A stretch of 41,802 nucleotides of DNA, taken from assembly GCA_938045545.1 (NCBI GenBank), contig CALIBN010000001.1, positions 1 to 41,802 on the forward strand. Reading direction: 5' to 3'. The first letter of the stretch is position 1. The number at the start of each line of letters is the position of its first letter. The stretch comes from an uncultured archaeon (lineage in GTDB: Archaea > Thermoproteota > EX4484-205 > JAAOZP01). Under the pieces are notes generated by a model that searched no databases, was not told where the DNA came from, and was given only the letters and a program-made list of their open reading frames with translations. The position numbers and the translations under genes are program-made. Below, piece after piece: positions 9,571 through 18,519 of the stretch.

Positions 9571-10224
9571 CTATTTATTCTTACCCTTTCCTTTAGCCTG
9601 CTTCTGCTCCTCGACCCTAGCCTTTATCTCAGCCTTCTTCTCCTCTTGAAGAGCCTTCATCGCATCCCTGAACCTATGATTAGCTTCCACGATCCTTCTA
9701 GCCAGATCCTTATTGTTCTCAGGAATATCCTCCTGCAACGCTTTCAAAGCCTCTTTCTCAACCCCCTCCAGCTGTCTCAACCGGGTTCTAATCTCAAGCC
9801 TCAGTCTGTTCATCTCCATTATGAATTCTCCCTGAGTTATTTCCCCGTTCCTCAGCCTCTCCTCCAGCCTAGTCATCTCCTCCTCCATCAATCTTACAGT
9901 CTCCATTACTTGTACCTGTTCAATATCCAGCTCGGAAAGCCGTTCCTCCCATGTTTGGCAGAGCCTCATTTTCCTTTCGAGCCTGATTTTCAGAAGTGCC
10001 TCCTTATGCTGTTGAACAAGCTCCTCTATCTGTGCTGACAGGCTTTTACCCAAGTAGGGGAGTAGGGTTTCATTCTCACCAGTATCCTCGTCGCCAGCAA
10101 CCCATGATACGAATAGTGCTGAAACCCAGGTTATGGCAAGCACTGCCAATGCTAATGTGAGCATTATTCTCCAACGTTTCACCTGCTTCTTGCTCCCGTT
10201 CATTTCCACCGGTATATCAGTCAA
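9571..10224 (-). CDS. Hypothetical membrane-anchored/secreted coiled-coil protein
   Basis: One N-terminal TM segment followed by a long charged helical region; includes LRNGEITQGEF motif. Confidence 0.7.
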   Translation of the reverse strand: MTDIPVEMNGSKKQVKRWRIMLTLALAVLAITWVSALFVSWVAGDEDTGENETLLPYLGKSLSAQIEELVQQHKEALLKIRLERKMRLCQTWEERLSELDIEQVQVMETVRLMEEEMTRLEERLRNGEITQGEFIMEMNRLRLEIRTRLRQLEGVEKEALKALQEDIPENNKDLARRIVEANHRFRDAMKALQEEKKAEIKARVEEQKQAKGKGKNK

Positions 10225-10272
10225 TAGGGCCTCTATTAAGCGTTTTTCAGTTTCTTTATCTAAAAATCTTCG

Positions 10273-10305
10273 GAAAACGGTTCATTTCAGTTGAAAATAG
10301 TTCAT
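10273..10305. promoter_or_regulatory. Two direct repeats GAAAAyrGTTCAT, 20 bp apart, upstream of the 9571-10224/8253-9527 operon
   Basis: GAAAACGGTTCAT (10273-10285) and GAAAATAGTTCAT (10293-10305); each contains GAA-N5-TTC. Confidence 0.45.
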
Positions 10306-10418
10306 AAAAGTTTCCAGCTCTGTTAGAGCTTGGAAAAATTCTTTATTTTAAAAAATTGCCCGATTCTCATTCCTGACTGCAAAAATATTAGGTCAGAGGC
10401 TTAAAAGGCTTATGATCT

Positions 10419-11399
10419 CTACGCTCCGCCATAAAGCTGCTTGTGGAGCTCCAGCAGTGATCTAACCCTCTTAACGACATTAGGATGGGTACTAAGGATT
10501 TCAACCAGACTCTCAGCGGCCGAGACCTCTCTAGAGGCGAACTCCTCGAGAGAGCGAACATCATACATTCCCCTAAAGGCCCTGGCCCCTGCCTGAGACT
10601 CAGGATCAGCTATGAGGAGAGCTCTGAAGGAGGAGTAGCTGCTCATCGACGCCTTAACATTCTTAGGTGCCCTAGCGTTCATGTCGGATATTTTAACTAG
10701 AGCGCTTGCAAGGCTCAGAGGCCCGCCGGACGAGACCGTGGAGCCATGGTAGTCAGCGTAGTACTCCCTGCTTCTGCTGAAGCCCAGTATGAGTAGGGTT
10801 AGAACATAGTATATCATCATGCCGAGCATCCCTATGAGTAGGAGAGCCCCGCCGTTTCCCCTGTCCCTCCGTGAGCCGGAATAGATGCCGGAATAGTAAA
10901 GCGACATTGCAACCCAGTAGACTAGGGCTGGGAGCACGGATAGGAACATCATTATCTGCACATCCCTGTGTTTTAGGTGGCCGAGCTCATGTCCCAGGAC
11001 AGCTTCAACTTCGGAAACGCTCAGACTGTTTAGAAGCCCTCTGGTGACAGCCACCCTGGGGCCGGTTAACGGGCTGCCGTAGGCGAAAGCGTTTGGCAAC
11101 GGGATTTCCGAAACCATTATTTTCGGAGCCTTCTTAAAACCGCTTTTCTCAGCGAGCATTCTTACGCTCTCCTCAAGCCATGGGAGCTCACCCTGATTCA
11201 ACGGTCTAACCCGGTAGGCGGCGTCAATAATATAGGGGCCGATTAACCACTGGAACAGGTTTAGCCCGATCACGATTGGGAGAAGCATAAGCAGGTCCAC
11301 GCCGATCATAAGAAGGATGAGGGCTACGAAGCCCGTGGTTATAGCGATAACTATCATCATCGTGGCAATCATGTTCAACCTGAGTTTCCAGAGTTGCAT
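10419..11399 (-). CDS. htpX: Zinc metalloprotease HtpX (peptidase M48)
   Basis: PNAFAYG, HELGH zinc motif, SRSREYYAD, STHP; GGAGGTGA RBS. Confidence 0.95.
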   Translation of the reverse strand: MQLWKLRLNMIATMMIVIAITTGFVALILLMIGVDLLMLLPIVIGLNLFQWLIGPYIIDAAYRVRPLNQGELPWLEESVRMLAEKSGFKKAPKIMVSEIPLPNAFAYGSPLTGPRVAVTRGLLNSLSVSEVEAVLGHELGHLKHRDVQIMMFLSVLPALVYWVAMSLYYSGIYSGSRRDRGNGGALLLIGMLGMMIYYVLTLLILGFSRSREYYADYHGSTVSSGGPLSLASALVKISDMNARAPKNVKASMSSYSSFRALLIADPESQAGARAFRGMYDVRSLEEFASREVSAAESLVEILSTHPNVVKRVRSLLELHKQLYGGA

Positions 11400-11513
11400 T
11401 AAACATCACCTCCTCTTGCCTACTTTCCGGCGGGGGGATATAAGTTTTACGTGAAACCCTTTGCCACTTTAAGCCTCCGGCAAGCTTATTAACCTAAATT
11501 GCGTTGGTACTGC

Positions 11514-12875
11514 ATGCCTGTTTGCCCTATTGACACAGGTAGATACGGCTCCCCGGAGATAAGAAGGATCTTCGAGGAGGAGAACAGGTTGCAGACGATG
11601 CTCAACGTGGAAGCAGCCCTGGCTGAAGCGCTGGCTGAGGTCGGAGAGATACCGGTTGAGGCGGCTTCAACCATAAGGAGCAAGGCTTCTTCGAAAATCG
11701 TCACGGTGGAGAAGGTTAAGGAGAGGGAGAGGGTTACGAGGCACGACATAGCAGCCATGGTTGAGGTTCTTTCAGAGGAGTGCGGGGAACACGGCGAGTA
11801 TGCTCACTGGGGGGTTACGAGCAACGACATAACTGACACGGCTTTAGCGTTGCAGCTTAAAGACGCTTTAAACATAATCAGGAAGAGGCTTGGAATTCTT
11901 ATAGAAAAGCTCTGCGAAAAGTCTGAGGAGTACGCTGGGCTAGTTATGCCTGGCAGGACGCACGGTCAGCACGCTGTTCCCATAACGTTCGGGTTCAAGC
12001 TCGCTGTGCATGCTGCTGAGCTTGCCAGGAGTTACGAGAGGATGCTTCAGCTCTCTAAGAGGGTTCTGGTTGGGAAAATAAGCGGCGCGGTGGGCACTAT
12101 GGCGGCACTCGGACCCAAGGCTCTTATGATAGAGGAGAAGACTCTGCGTAAGCTAGGCTTAGAACCGGTTGAAATAGCGACGCAGGTTGTCTGCAGAGAC
12201 AGGCTTGCAGAGCTTGTCTGCTGGGCGGCGCTGCTGGGCTCAAGCCTAGACAGGCTTGCCGTCGAAATAAGGAACCTCCAGAGGACGGAGATAATGGAGG
12301 CTGCGGAGGGCTTCGGCGAGGAGCAGCGTGGAAGCAGCACGATGCCCCAGAAACAGAACCCTGTTGACAGCGAGAAAGTATCCGGCTTGGCTAAGGTCCT
12401 CAGGGGGCTCGTAGTGCCTGCTTTAGAAAACATCCCGCTCTGGCATGAGAGAGACCTCTCCAACTCCAGCGGCGAGAGATTCATCATTCCACTATCCATG
12501 ACGATACTCGACGAGATGCTCATAACCATGCAGAATGTTTTGACTAACCTGAGGGTCTACCCTGAACACATGGCTAGGAACCTAGCAATAACCCGAGGCA
12601 GGATAATGAGTGAAGCCGTCATGATGAAGCTTGCCAGGAGAGGCATGGGGAGAAAGAGGGCTTACGATCTCATGAGAACACTCTCGAGGAAGGCATTTAT
12701 TGAGAACAGGAGCCTGCTTGAAGTATTGAAGGAAAGCCCTGAGGTTGCGAAGTACATGAGTTTCGAGGAGTTGAAGGAGGTCATTGAGCCTAAGAATTAT
12801 CTCGGCAAGAATTTGGAATTGATAAACAGGGCGATTTCCTACGCGAGGTCAAGGCTTGAGAAAGACGCTATTTAG
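11514..12875 (+). CDS. purB: Adenylosuccinate lyase
   Basis: HWGVTSND, GRTHGQHA, GKISGAVG, signature GSSTMPQKQNP, HERDLSNS; ATG 11514 preferred over TTG 11499. Confidence 0.96.
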   Translation: MPVCPIDTGRYGSPEIRRIFEEENRLQTMLNVEAALAEALAEVGEIPVEAASTIRSKASSKIVTVEKVKERERVTRHDIAAMVEVLSEECGEHGEYAHWGVTSNDITDTALALQLKDALNIIRKRLGILIEKLCEKSEEYAGLVMPGRTHGQHAVPITFGFKLAVHAAELARSYERMLQLSKRVLVGKISGAVGTMAALGPKALMIEEKTLRKLGLEPVEIATQVVCRDRLAELVCWAALLGSSLDRLAVEIRNLQRTEIMEAAEGFGEEQRGSSTMPQKQNPVDSEKVSGLAKVLRGLVVPALENIPLWHERDLSNSSGERFIIPLSMTILDEMLITMQNVLTNLRVYPEHMARNLAITRGRIMSEAVMMKLARRGMGRKRAYDLMRTLSRKAFIENRSLLEVLKESPEVAKYMSFEELKEVIEPKNYLGKNLELINRAISYARSRLEKDAI

Positions 12876-12895
12876 CGGAAGGTGCTTAGAAGGAG

Positions 12896-13513
12896 TTGAG
12901 CATAAGCCACGATAATCTGGTAGAATCCATCAGAAGGGAGGCTGAAAAACACTATTCTGATGATCCCTCTCACGATTGGCTTCATGCTGAAAGAGTCTGC
13001 AAGATGTGTATGAGAATCTGCGAGAAAGAGGGTGGGGATCCGCAGGTTCTTGTCGCGGCAGCACTTCTCCACGATGTTGGGATAAGATACGAGTTGGAGC
13101 AGGGTATTGACCATTCTGAGAAGGGCGCTGAAATCGCTGGGGAAATTCTTTCTCGAATAGGCTTCCAAAGCGAGAAGATAGGCACGGTTCTTGAGGCGAT
13201 TAGAGAGCACAGGTTTAGAAAAGGAGTTAAGTCGGTCAGCATAGAATCCAGGATTCTCCAGGATGCTGACCGATTAGACGCGATGGGCGCTATAGGTGTA
13301 GCTAGGACTTTCTCCCACGGTGGCAGAAGGCGAATTCCGATGTATTCAAATAGCAGGACCACCGGCTCAACGGTCGATCATTTCTACGAAAAGCTTCTCA
13401 AGCTTAAAAATAGTCTAAATACTGAAACGGCGAGGAGAATCGCGGAGGAAAGGCACGCGTTTATGGAAGCTTTTCTATCAAGGTTCTTGAAGGAGATTGA
13501 GGGAGAAGCATAG
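12896..13513 (+). CDS. HD-domain phosphohydrolase (YedJ/YpgQ-like)
   Basis: SHDWLHAERV, LLHDVG, DHS, EHRF, QDADRLDAMGAIGVAR, HFYEKLLKL. Confidence 0.9.
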   Translation: MSISHDNLVESIRREAEKHYSDDPSHDWLHAERVCKMCMRICEKEGGDPQVLVAAALLHDVGIRYELEQGIDHSEKGAEIAGEILSRIGFQSEKIGTVLEAIREHRFRKGVKSVSIESRILQDADRLDAMGAIGVARTFSHGGRRRIPMYSNSRTTGSTVDHFYEKLLKLKNSLNTETARRIAEERHAFMEAFLSRFLKEIEGEA

Positions 13514-13880
13514 GTCCCCCTTGTCCAGATGCTTAGATAGCCTCGCCCAATTTTCGTCGGTTTACCTTGTATACAGCAACGTCGCGCGCGCTGTCGACTA
13601 TTTGAACGCCTCTGGAAAATCCTAGCGCACGCTAGATCCGAGGGGATTTTGAAAGAATAGCTGAGAGCAGGGCCACGGTTAGAATGAGGGCTACGCATCC
13701 AATCATTAGCTGGAACATCTGAAGCTAAGGATTAAATAAGCGTTCCTTCCCACCCACTCGCTAAGCAATGAATTAGAGTTTTAAACACCTTTCCGTAGGG
13801 ATTTTATCTAATTCTCCTACTTAGAGATGGACGAGCGCTTGGCGGATCCTCGGCGACGGTACCGCGCGCACTATTTTATG

Positions 13881-13907
13881 GCTGGTAGAGAATGTTTTTC
13901 AAGCGTC
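13881..13907 (+). promoter_or_regulatory. 27-bp upstream motif, copy 1 (before the GPN GTPase gene)
   Basis: GCTGGTAGAGAATGTTTTTCAAGCGTC, 25/27 identical to 31327-31353. Confidence 0.55.
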
Positions 13908-13931
13908 CTGCACTTAACGTATTAGAGACCT

Positions 13932-14687
13932 TTGCCGATACAGGTAGTCTTCATAGGGCCAGCGGGGTCGGGCAAGACGACGCTTGTCAAAGCGTATGGA
14001 GACTGGCTTTCCAAGAGTGGAAGGAAGGCTTCCTTCATAAATCTCGATCCCGGTGTTGAGGAAACCCTGTATTCACCATCATTCGACATAAGGGCTTTCT
14101 TCACGGTTGAGGAGATAATGAGGAGGGAGTCGCTCGGACCCAACGGGGCTATGATAAGGGCAATGGATATTCTGGCTGAGAGAAGCTTGGAGCTCGCGTC
14201 CCAGATAAGTATGCTGGAGGAGGACTACAGGCTTATAGACACTCCCGGCCAAAGCGAGCTTTTCGTTTTCAGAGGCGCCGGGCCGGAGATAATGAGGGGA
14301 CTCTCCGCAGTAGCTAGGACGATAGCGGTCTTCCTGATAGACGGCCAGCTTATATGTTCTCCAAGCGACCTTATAGCAGTTTTCTCACTTGCAGCGGCTT
14401 GCAGGCTTAGGCTTAACGTGCCCTTTGTCCACGTGGTAACGAAGACAGATGTTTTAAGCAGGAGCGACCTTGAAAAACTGATGCAGGAGCCGGAGTACTT
14501 GGAGGAGAGGATTGTTGAAGAAGAGGCCGGGCTCCTACAAGAATACGTTCTGGAGCACTCTAAGATAGTTCAACCTTTTCTCAGAAGGCAGAGGACGGTT
14601 ATGGTTTCAGCCATATCCGGAGCCGGGCTGGACCTGATGGATTCTCTTATACATGACGCTACGTGCGAGTGTGGAGATCTTCGCTAA
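13932..14687 (+). CDS. GPN-loop GTPase
   Basis: GPAGSGKTT, NLDPG, LGPNGA (GPN loop), DTPGQ, TKTD, C-terminal CECGDL. Confidence 0.93.
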   Translation: MPIQVVFIGPAGSGKTTLVKAYGDWLSKSGRKASFINLDPGVEETLYSPSFDIRAFFTVEEIMRRESLGPNGAMIRAMDILAERSLELASQISMLEEDYRLIDTPGQSELFVFRGAGPEIMRGLSAVARTIAVFLIDGQLICSPSDLIAVFSLAAACRLRLNVPFVHVVTKTDVLSRSDLEKLMQEPEYLEERIVEEEAGLLQEYVLEHSKIVQPFLRRQRTVMVSAISGAGLDLMDSLIHDATCECGDLR

Positions 14688-15063
14688 GCCTCTTCTGATA
14701 TATTTTAGCCAGCTCCTCGAAATACTCTCCAGAAGCGATGGTGTCTTCAATAAGCTTCATCACCAAGTATACCTCGGTGAAGAAAACAGTATCATCCGTC
14801 AAGAGAGCCCTATTCTTCAACTCTCTCACCCTGTGTACAACGCTTAAACCGGCATCCATCAGCGTGAATATGAGAACCGTGTGCTTCAACTCTTTAAGCT
14901 GGTCCCTGAAGCACTCCGCCAGGAAAATAAGCCTGTTGCCAAGACTATTCATATCGTCGAGATTCATGTTCAAACCATCGTCGATACACTTCTTCATAGA
15001 AACGTTTATTGGAGACAAGGATCCCTGGATCTCGGAAAGAACCCTTCTCAAGCCTTCCGTCAA
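14659..15063 (-). CDS. Hypothetical helical protein
   Basis: 134-aa ORF, TTG start, convergent 29-nt overlap with the GPN gene; no motif recognised. Confidence 0.6.
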   Translation of the reverse strand: MTEGLRRVLSEIQGSLSPINVSMKKCIDDGLNMNLDDMNSLGNRLIFLAECFRDQLKELKHTVLIFTLMDAGLSVVHRVRELKNRALLTDDTVFFTEVYLVMKLIEDTIASGEYFEELAKIYQKRLSEDLHTRT

Positions 15064-15151
15064 ACCTTGCAGTAATATTTGGCTTTAAGCCCTAGATTAA
15101 TTTTTCCCCGGAGGTTAAGAGAGGTTTATAAGTCTCTTTAACAGTTTAGGG

Positions 15152-16594
15152 ATGGAGAAAATGAACGATATTGTTGAACTCTTGAAAAAGGTTCTTGACT
15201 ATGCTATTGCAACAGGCGCCTCCTATGCTGAAGCCAGGTTCCATAGCGATTCCCATAGCGGAGTATCCCTGAGGAATGGAGGGGTGGAAGGCGTTATGGC
15301 GGGCTACGAGGTGGGAATGGGGATCAGGGTTCTGGTTAACGGCGGACTGGGCTTCGCCTCCACCAACACGCTCAAACCGGAAACCGTCACCAGGGTTGTG
15401 AATAAAGCGGTTAAAATGGCGCGAGCATCCTCACACCTTAAGACAAGCAGGATATGTTTCTCTGAAGAGGAAGCTTACTCGGTTGACTGGAGGGTCTCTG
15501 AGAAAAAGAAGCTTGAAGACTGGTCTTTAAGCAGCAAGATCGACTTCCTGAAAAACCTGGATAAGACGGTGATAAGCCAGGGAGTTAATGTCTCCTCGAG
15601 GTACATAGGGTATTCTGAGATGAGGACTGAAAGAGTTTACGCGAACACTGAGGGTGCATTGGTCTCAGCGGCGGTTCCCCGGCCCTCTTTTTTCGCACTG
15701 ATAACCGTGACCGACCCCTCTAAGGGGATTATTCAGAGAACCTTGCAATTCGGAGGATCAGGCGGCTTGGAGGTTGTGGAGTCTTGGAGGCTTGAAGAGA
15801 AGCTGGGTGCTGAGGTCAAGACTCTTCATAAGATGCTTACGGAATCCGTTAAGGCTCCGGAGGGAGTTATGGATGTTGTGGTCGGTAGCGAGGTTGCGGG
15901 AATAATTTCCCACGAGGCTTCGGGACACCCTGGCGAGGCGGATAGGATACTTGGAAGAGAGGGTGCTCAGGCTGGCGAATCATACTTGAAAGCAGGCGAC
16001 TTGAACAGGACAATAGGAAGCGAGGCGGTTAACGTGGTTGACGACCCGACTATACCAGGGTCATACGGGTTCTATCTTTTCGACGACGAGGGCGTTAAAG
16101 CTAGGAGGAAATACTTGATCGAGGAGGGTAAAATATGCGAGTTCCTTCTAAACAGGGAGACAGCCGCGAAACTTGGAGTTAAGAGTAATGGTTCCGCAAG
16201 GGCTTCAAGATACAGCGTGGAGCCGATTGTTAGAATGTCCAACACCTTCATACTACCAGGCGACCATAGTTTTGAAGAGCTTTTAAGCGGTGTCGCTAAA
16301 GGTGTTTACGTGAAGAGCTTCATGGAGTGGAATATTGACGACAAGAGGTGGAACCAGAGGTATGTGGGGCTGGAAACATACATGATTGAAGACGGCAGGA
16401 TAACTACGCCTGTGAGAAACCCTGTGATAGAGATAACTACTGAGAAGCTTTTCTCAAGCGTGGACGCTGTTGGGAAGGATTTAGATTTCGTCGCGGCGAC
16501 CTGCGGCAAGGGAGACCCTATGCAGGGCATGCCAGTATACATGGGTGGGCCGAGCCTTAGGATGAGAAACATAATGATAAGGGGGATTGGTTGA
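15152..16594 (+). CDS. tldD: TldD metalloprotease (catalytic subunit)
   Basis: HEASGHPGEAD zinc motif, FDDEGV, PIVRMSNT, CGKGDPMQ. Confidence 0.93.
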   Translation: MEKMNDIVELLKKVLDYAIATGASYAEARFHSDSHSGVSLRNGGVEGVMAGYEVGMGIRVLVNGGLGFASTNTLKPETVTRVVNKAVKMARASSHLKTSRICFSEEEAYSVDWRVSEKKKLEDWSLSSKIDFLKNLDKTVISQGVNVSSRYIGYSEMRTERVYANTEGALVSAAVPRPSFFALITVTDPSKGIIQRTLQFGGSGGLEVVESWRLEEKLGAEVKTLHKMLTESVKAPEGVMDVVVGSEVAGIISHEASGHPGEADRILGREGAQAGESYLKAGDLNRTIGSEAVNVVDDPTIPGSYGFYLFDDEGVKARRKYLIEEGKICEFLLNRETAAKLGVKSNGSARASRYSVEPIVRMSNTFILPGDHSFEELLSGVAKGVYVKSFMEWNIDDKRWNQRYVGLETYMIEDGRITTPVRNPVIEITTEKLFSSVDAVGKDLDFVAATCGKGDPMQGMPVYMGGPSLRMRNIMIRGIG

Positions 16595-17925
16595 AAATGG
16601 TTGAGCTGCACGAGAAGGCTTTGAAAATGCTTGCCGACAGGGGTGTCGACGAGGCTATAGTGATCCTGTACGAGACTGAGGAAAGCTCCGTGAGGTATGC
16701 TAACAACGAGCCTACTGTGGCTCTTTCAGAGAACATCAGCACCCTGACTATATACAGCAGCATTAAAGAGAGGTGTTTCATAGGGAGTTTTGAAAACGTG
16801 ACCGAGGACTTTCTGGAGAAGATTGTAGACGACGTTATAACCCTTACTAAAAACACTCCTCCAACACCTTTCTACGCGCCTCTTCCAAGAGGATTCTTCA
16901 ACTATAGGGTTGGGAAAAGAGTGGAGAGGAGGATTAGACAGCTTGACGAGCAGCTGGTCTCCCATGTTTCCGAAGCCGTTAATGCGAGTAGAGAGGCTGG
17001 AGCGGGGAGGAGCGCAGGAATCATTTATTCGAGCCACATGGTTGAGAAACTCGCATCGTCAACCGGCTTAAGCCTTCAAGAAGAGTTCGCATCCCTGACG
17101 CTTAACCACCGCGCGTTCGCCAGCCCGGAGGCAACAGGGCAGTGGGTCTCGTGCTCAACAAGCCTAGAAAGCTTCAACCCTTGTGAAGCAGGAAGGAAGG
17201 CGGGGGAAATAGCTGTGATGAGCCTCAACCCGGTTCTCATCGAGGAGGGAGCTTACGATGTTTACATGGGGCCCCTAATATTTGCAAACATGATGAGCGA
17301 GGTCGCTGACTTCGCCTCAGGCTTCCTCGTCCAGATAGAAATGAGCTTCATGACGGGCAAGATAGGTGAGAAAATTGGCTCTGAGAAACTAACCATCCGT
17401 GACGATCCCACGATGCCCGGCGGGCTTGGGGAAAAAGTTTTCGACGACGAGGGCATGCCGACTCAGAGAACAACCATTATCGAAAATGGTGTCCTCAGAA
17501 ACTACCTGCACAACAGCAGGACGGCGAAGATCGCGGGAGCCTCATCAACCGGAAACGCTGGAATAATAAGACCCCATCCGTGGAACATCGTGGTTGAACC
17601 CGGAAACACTAAGGAGGAAGACATGTTGCAGAAACTGGGAAAAGGACTATACCTGACGAATTCATGGTATACTAGATATCAAAACTACAGGACTGGAGAC
17701 TTCTCGACCGTCATTAGAGATGGAGCATTCTATGTAGAGGATGGGGAGATTAAGCATCCTGTTAAAGGAAGCAGGATAAGTGACAATCTTCAAAGAATTA
17801 TCTCAAACATTGAAGAAATCTCGGACAGGCTTTATCCTATAAAATGGTGGGAAGTGACCACTCCTACATATGTTCCGACAGCAATCATCAGGAACGTTAG
17901 GATAACGAAGGCCTTCGGTTATTAG
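16591..17925 (+). CDS. pmbA: TldE/PmbA partner subunit
   Basis: Overlaps the tldD stop; FDDEG, STGNAG, lacks HExxH. Confidence 0.9.
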   Translation: MKMVELHEKALKMLADRGVDEAIVILYETEESSVRYANNEPTVALSENISTLTIYSSIKERCFIGSFENVTEDFLEKIVDDVITLTKNTPPTPFYAPLPRGFFNYRVGKRVERRIRQLDEQLVSHVSEAVNASREAGAGRSAGIIYSSHMVEKLASSTGLSLQEEFASLTLNHRAFASPEATGQWVSCSTSLESFNPCEAGRKAGEIAVMSLNPVLIEEGAYDVYMGPLIFANMMSEVADFASGFLVQIEMSFMTGKIGEKIGSEKLTIRDDPTMPGGLGEKVFDDEGMPTQRTTIIENGVLRNYLHNSRTAKIAGASSTGNAGIIRPHPWNIVVEPGNTKEEDMLQKLGKGLYLTNSWYTRYQNYRTGDFSTVIRDGAFYVEDGEIKHPVKGSRISDNLQRIISNIEEISDRLYPIKWWEVTTPTYVPTAIIRNVRITKAFGY

Positions 17926-17949
17926 TTTAGACCGCAACGCCTTCGAGAC

Positions 17950-18460
17950 CTATTTCCATTTTCTCGCGAATTTTTTCTGTATGGCCCATAAGCTCCATCT
18001 TCTTCCTTCCAGCTCCCGCCTTCTCTCCTTTGGTGGGACCACGCGTGTAAGGAACCTGTGAACACCTTCATTCCTAACTCTTTTAATGTTCTCTTTCCCG
18101 GGATCGTAAAACGAAACTAAGATGGCTCTTATACCGAACTTGTCCCACCCAAGCCTTATTGGCTTCTCCAACCGGATCTCAGGTATAAGGCGAGGCAATT
18201 CTATAGTAGGAGGCATTATGCTTTCAAGACTCAAAAAGGGAGGTAAGCTCGCGAAGCCTGTCGCCTTTGGCGGCGAGTAGGATCGGGATTTAACGCGGAC
18301 TGAAGTATACATGCAGGTCTTGCAACTTACTGTGAGATCCTTCACCCCAAGCCTTTGGAAATGCATAAGTTAACTAGGCAGGCATCGCTTCTCGATGGAG
18401 TGCAGCAGCCGCAAAGTTGATATAGTTCACAATCCTTGCATGGCCTCCAGCATCGCTGAA
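17950..18460 (-). pseudogene. Probable degraded gene with a Cys-rich N-terminal part
   Basis: Startless frame CWRPCKDCELYQLCGCC...ACLVNLC* shifts into the 17950-18366 frame (CKTC...LPRLIPEI). Confidence 0.45.
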
Positions 18461-18519
18461 CTTATCAGTTTACACTAGTATAGGGAAACTGAGATGTTTA
18501 AAAACCCTCGCGTATTAGC

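Noticed and set aside
9442-10038. 198-aa Leu-rich + strand ORF
   Set aside because: Shadow of the coiled-coil gene 9571-10224
10312-10335. Hairpin TTCCAGCTC-TGTTA-GAGCTTGGAA downstream of htpX
   Set aside because: Single imperfect hairpin; archaeal termination does not need it, and function cannot be supported
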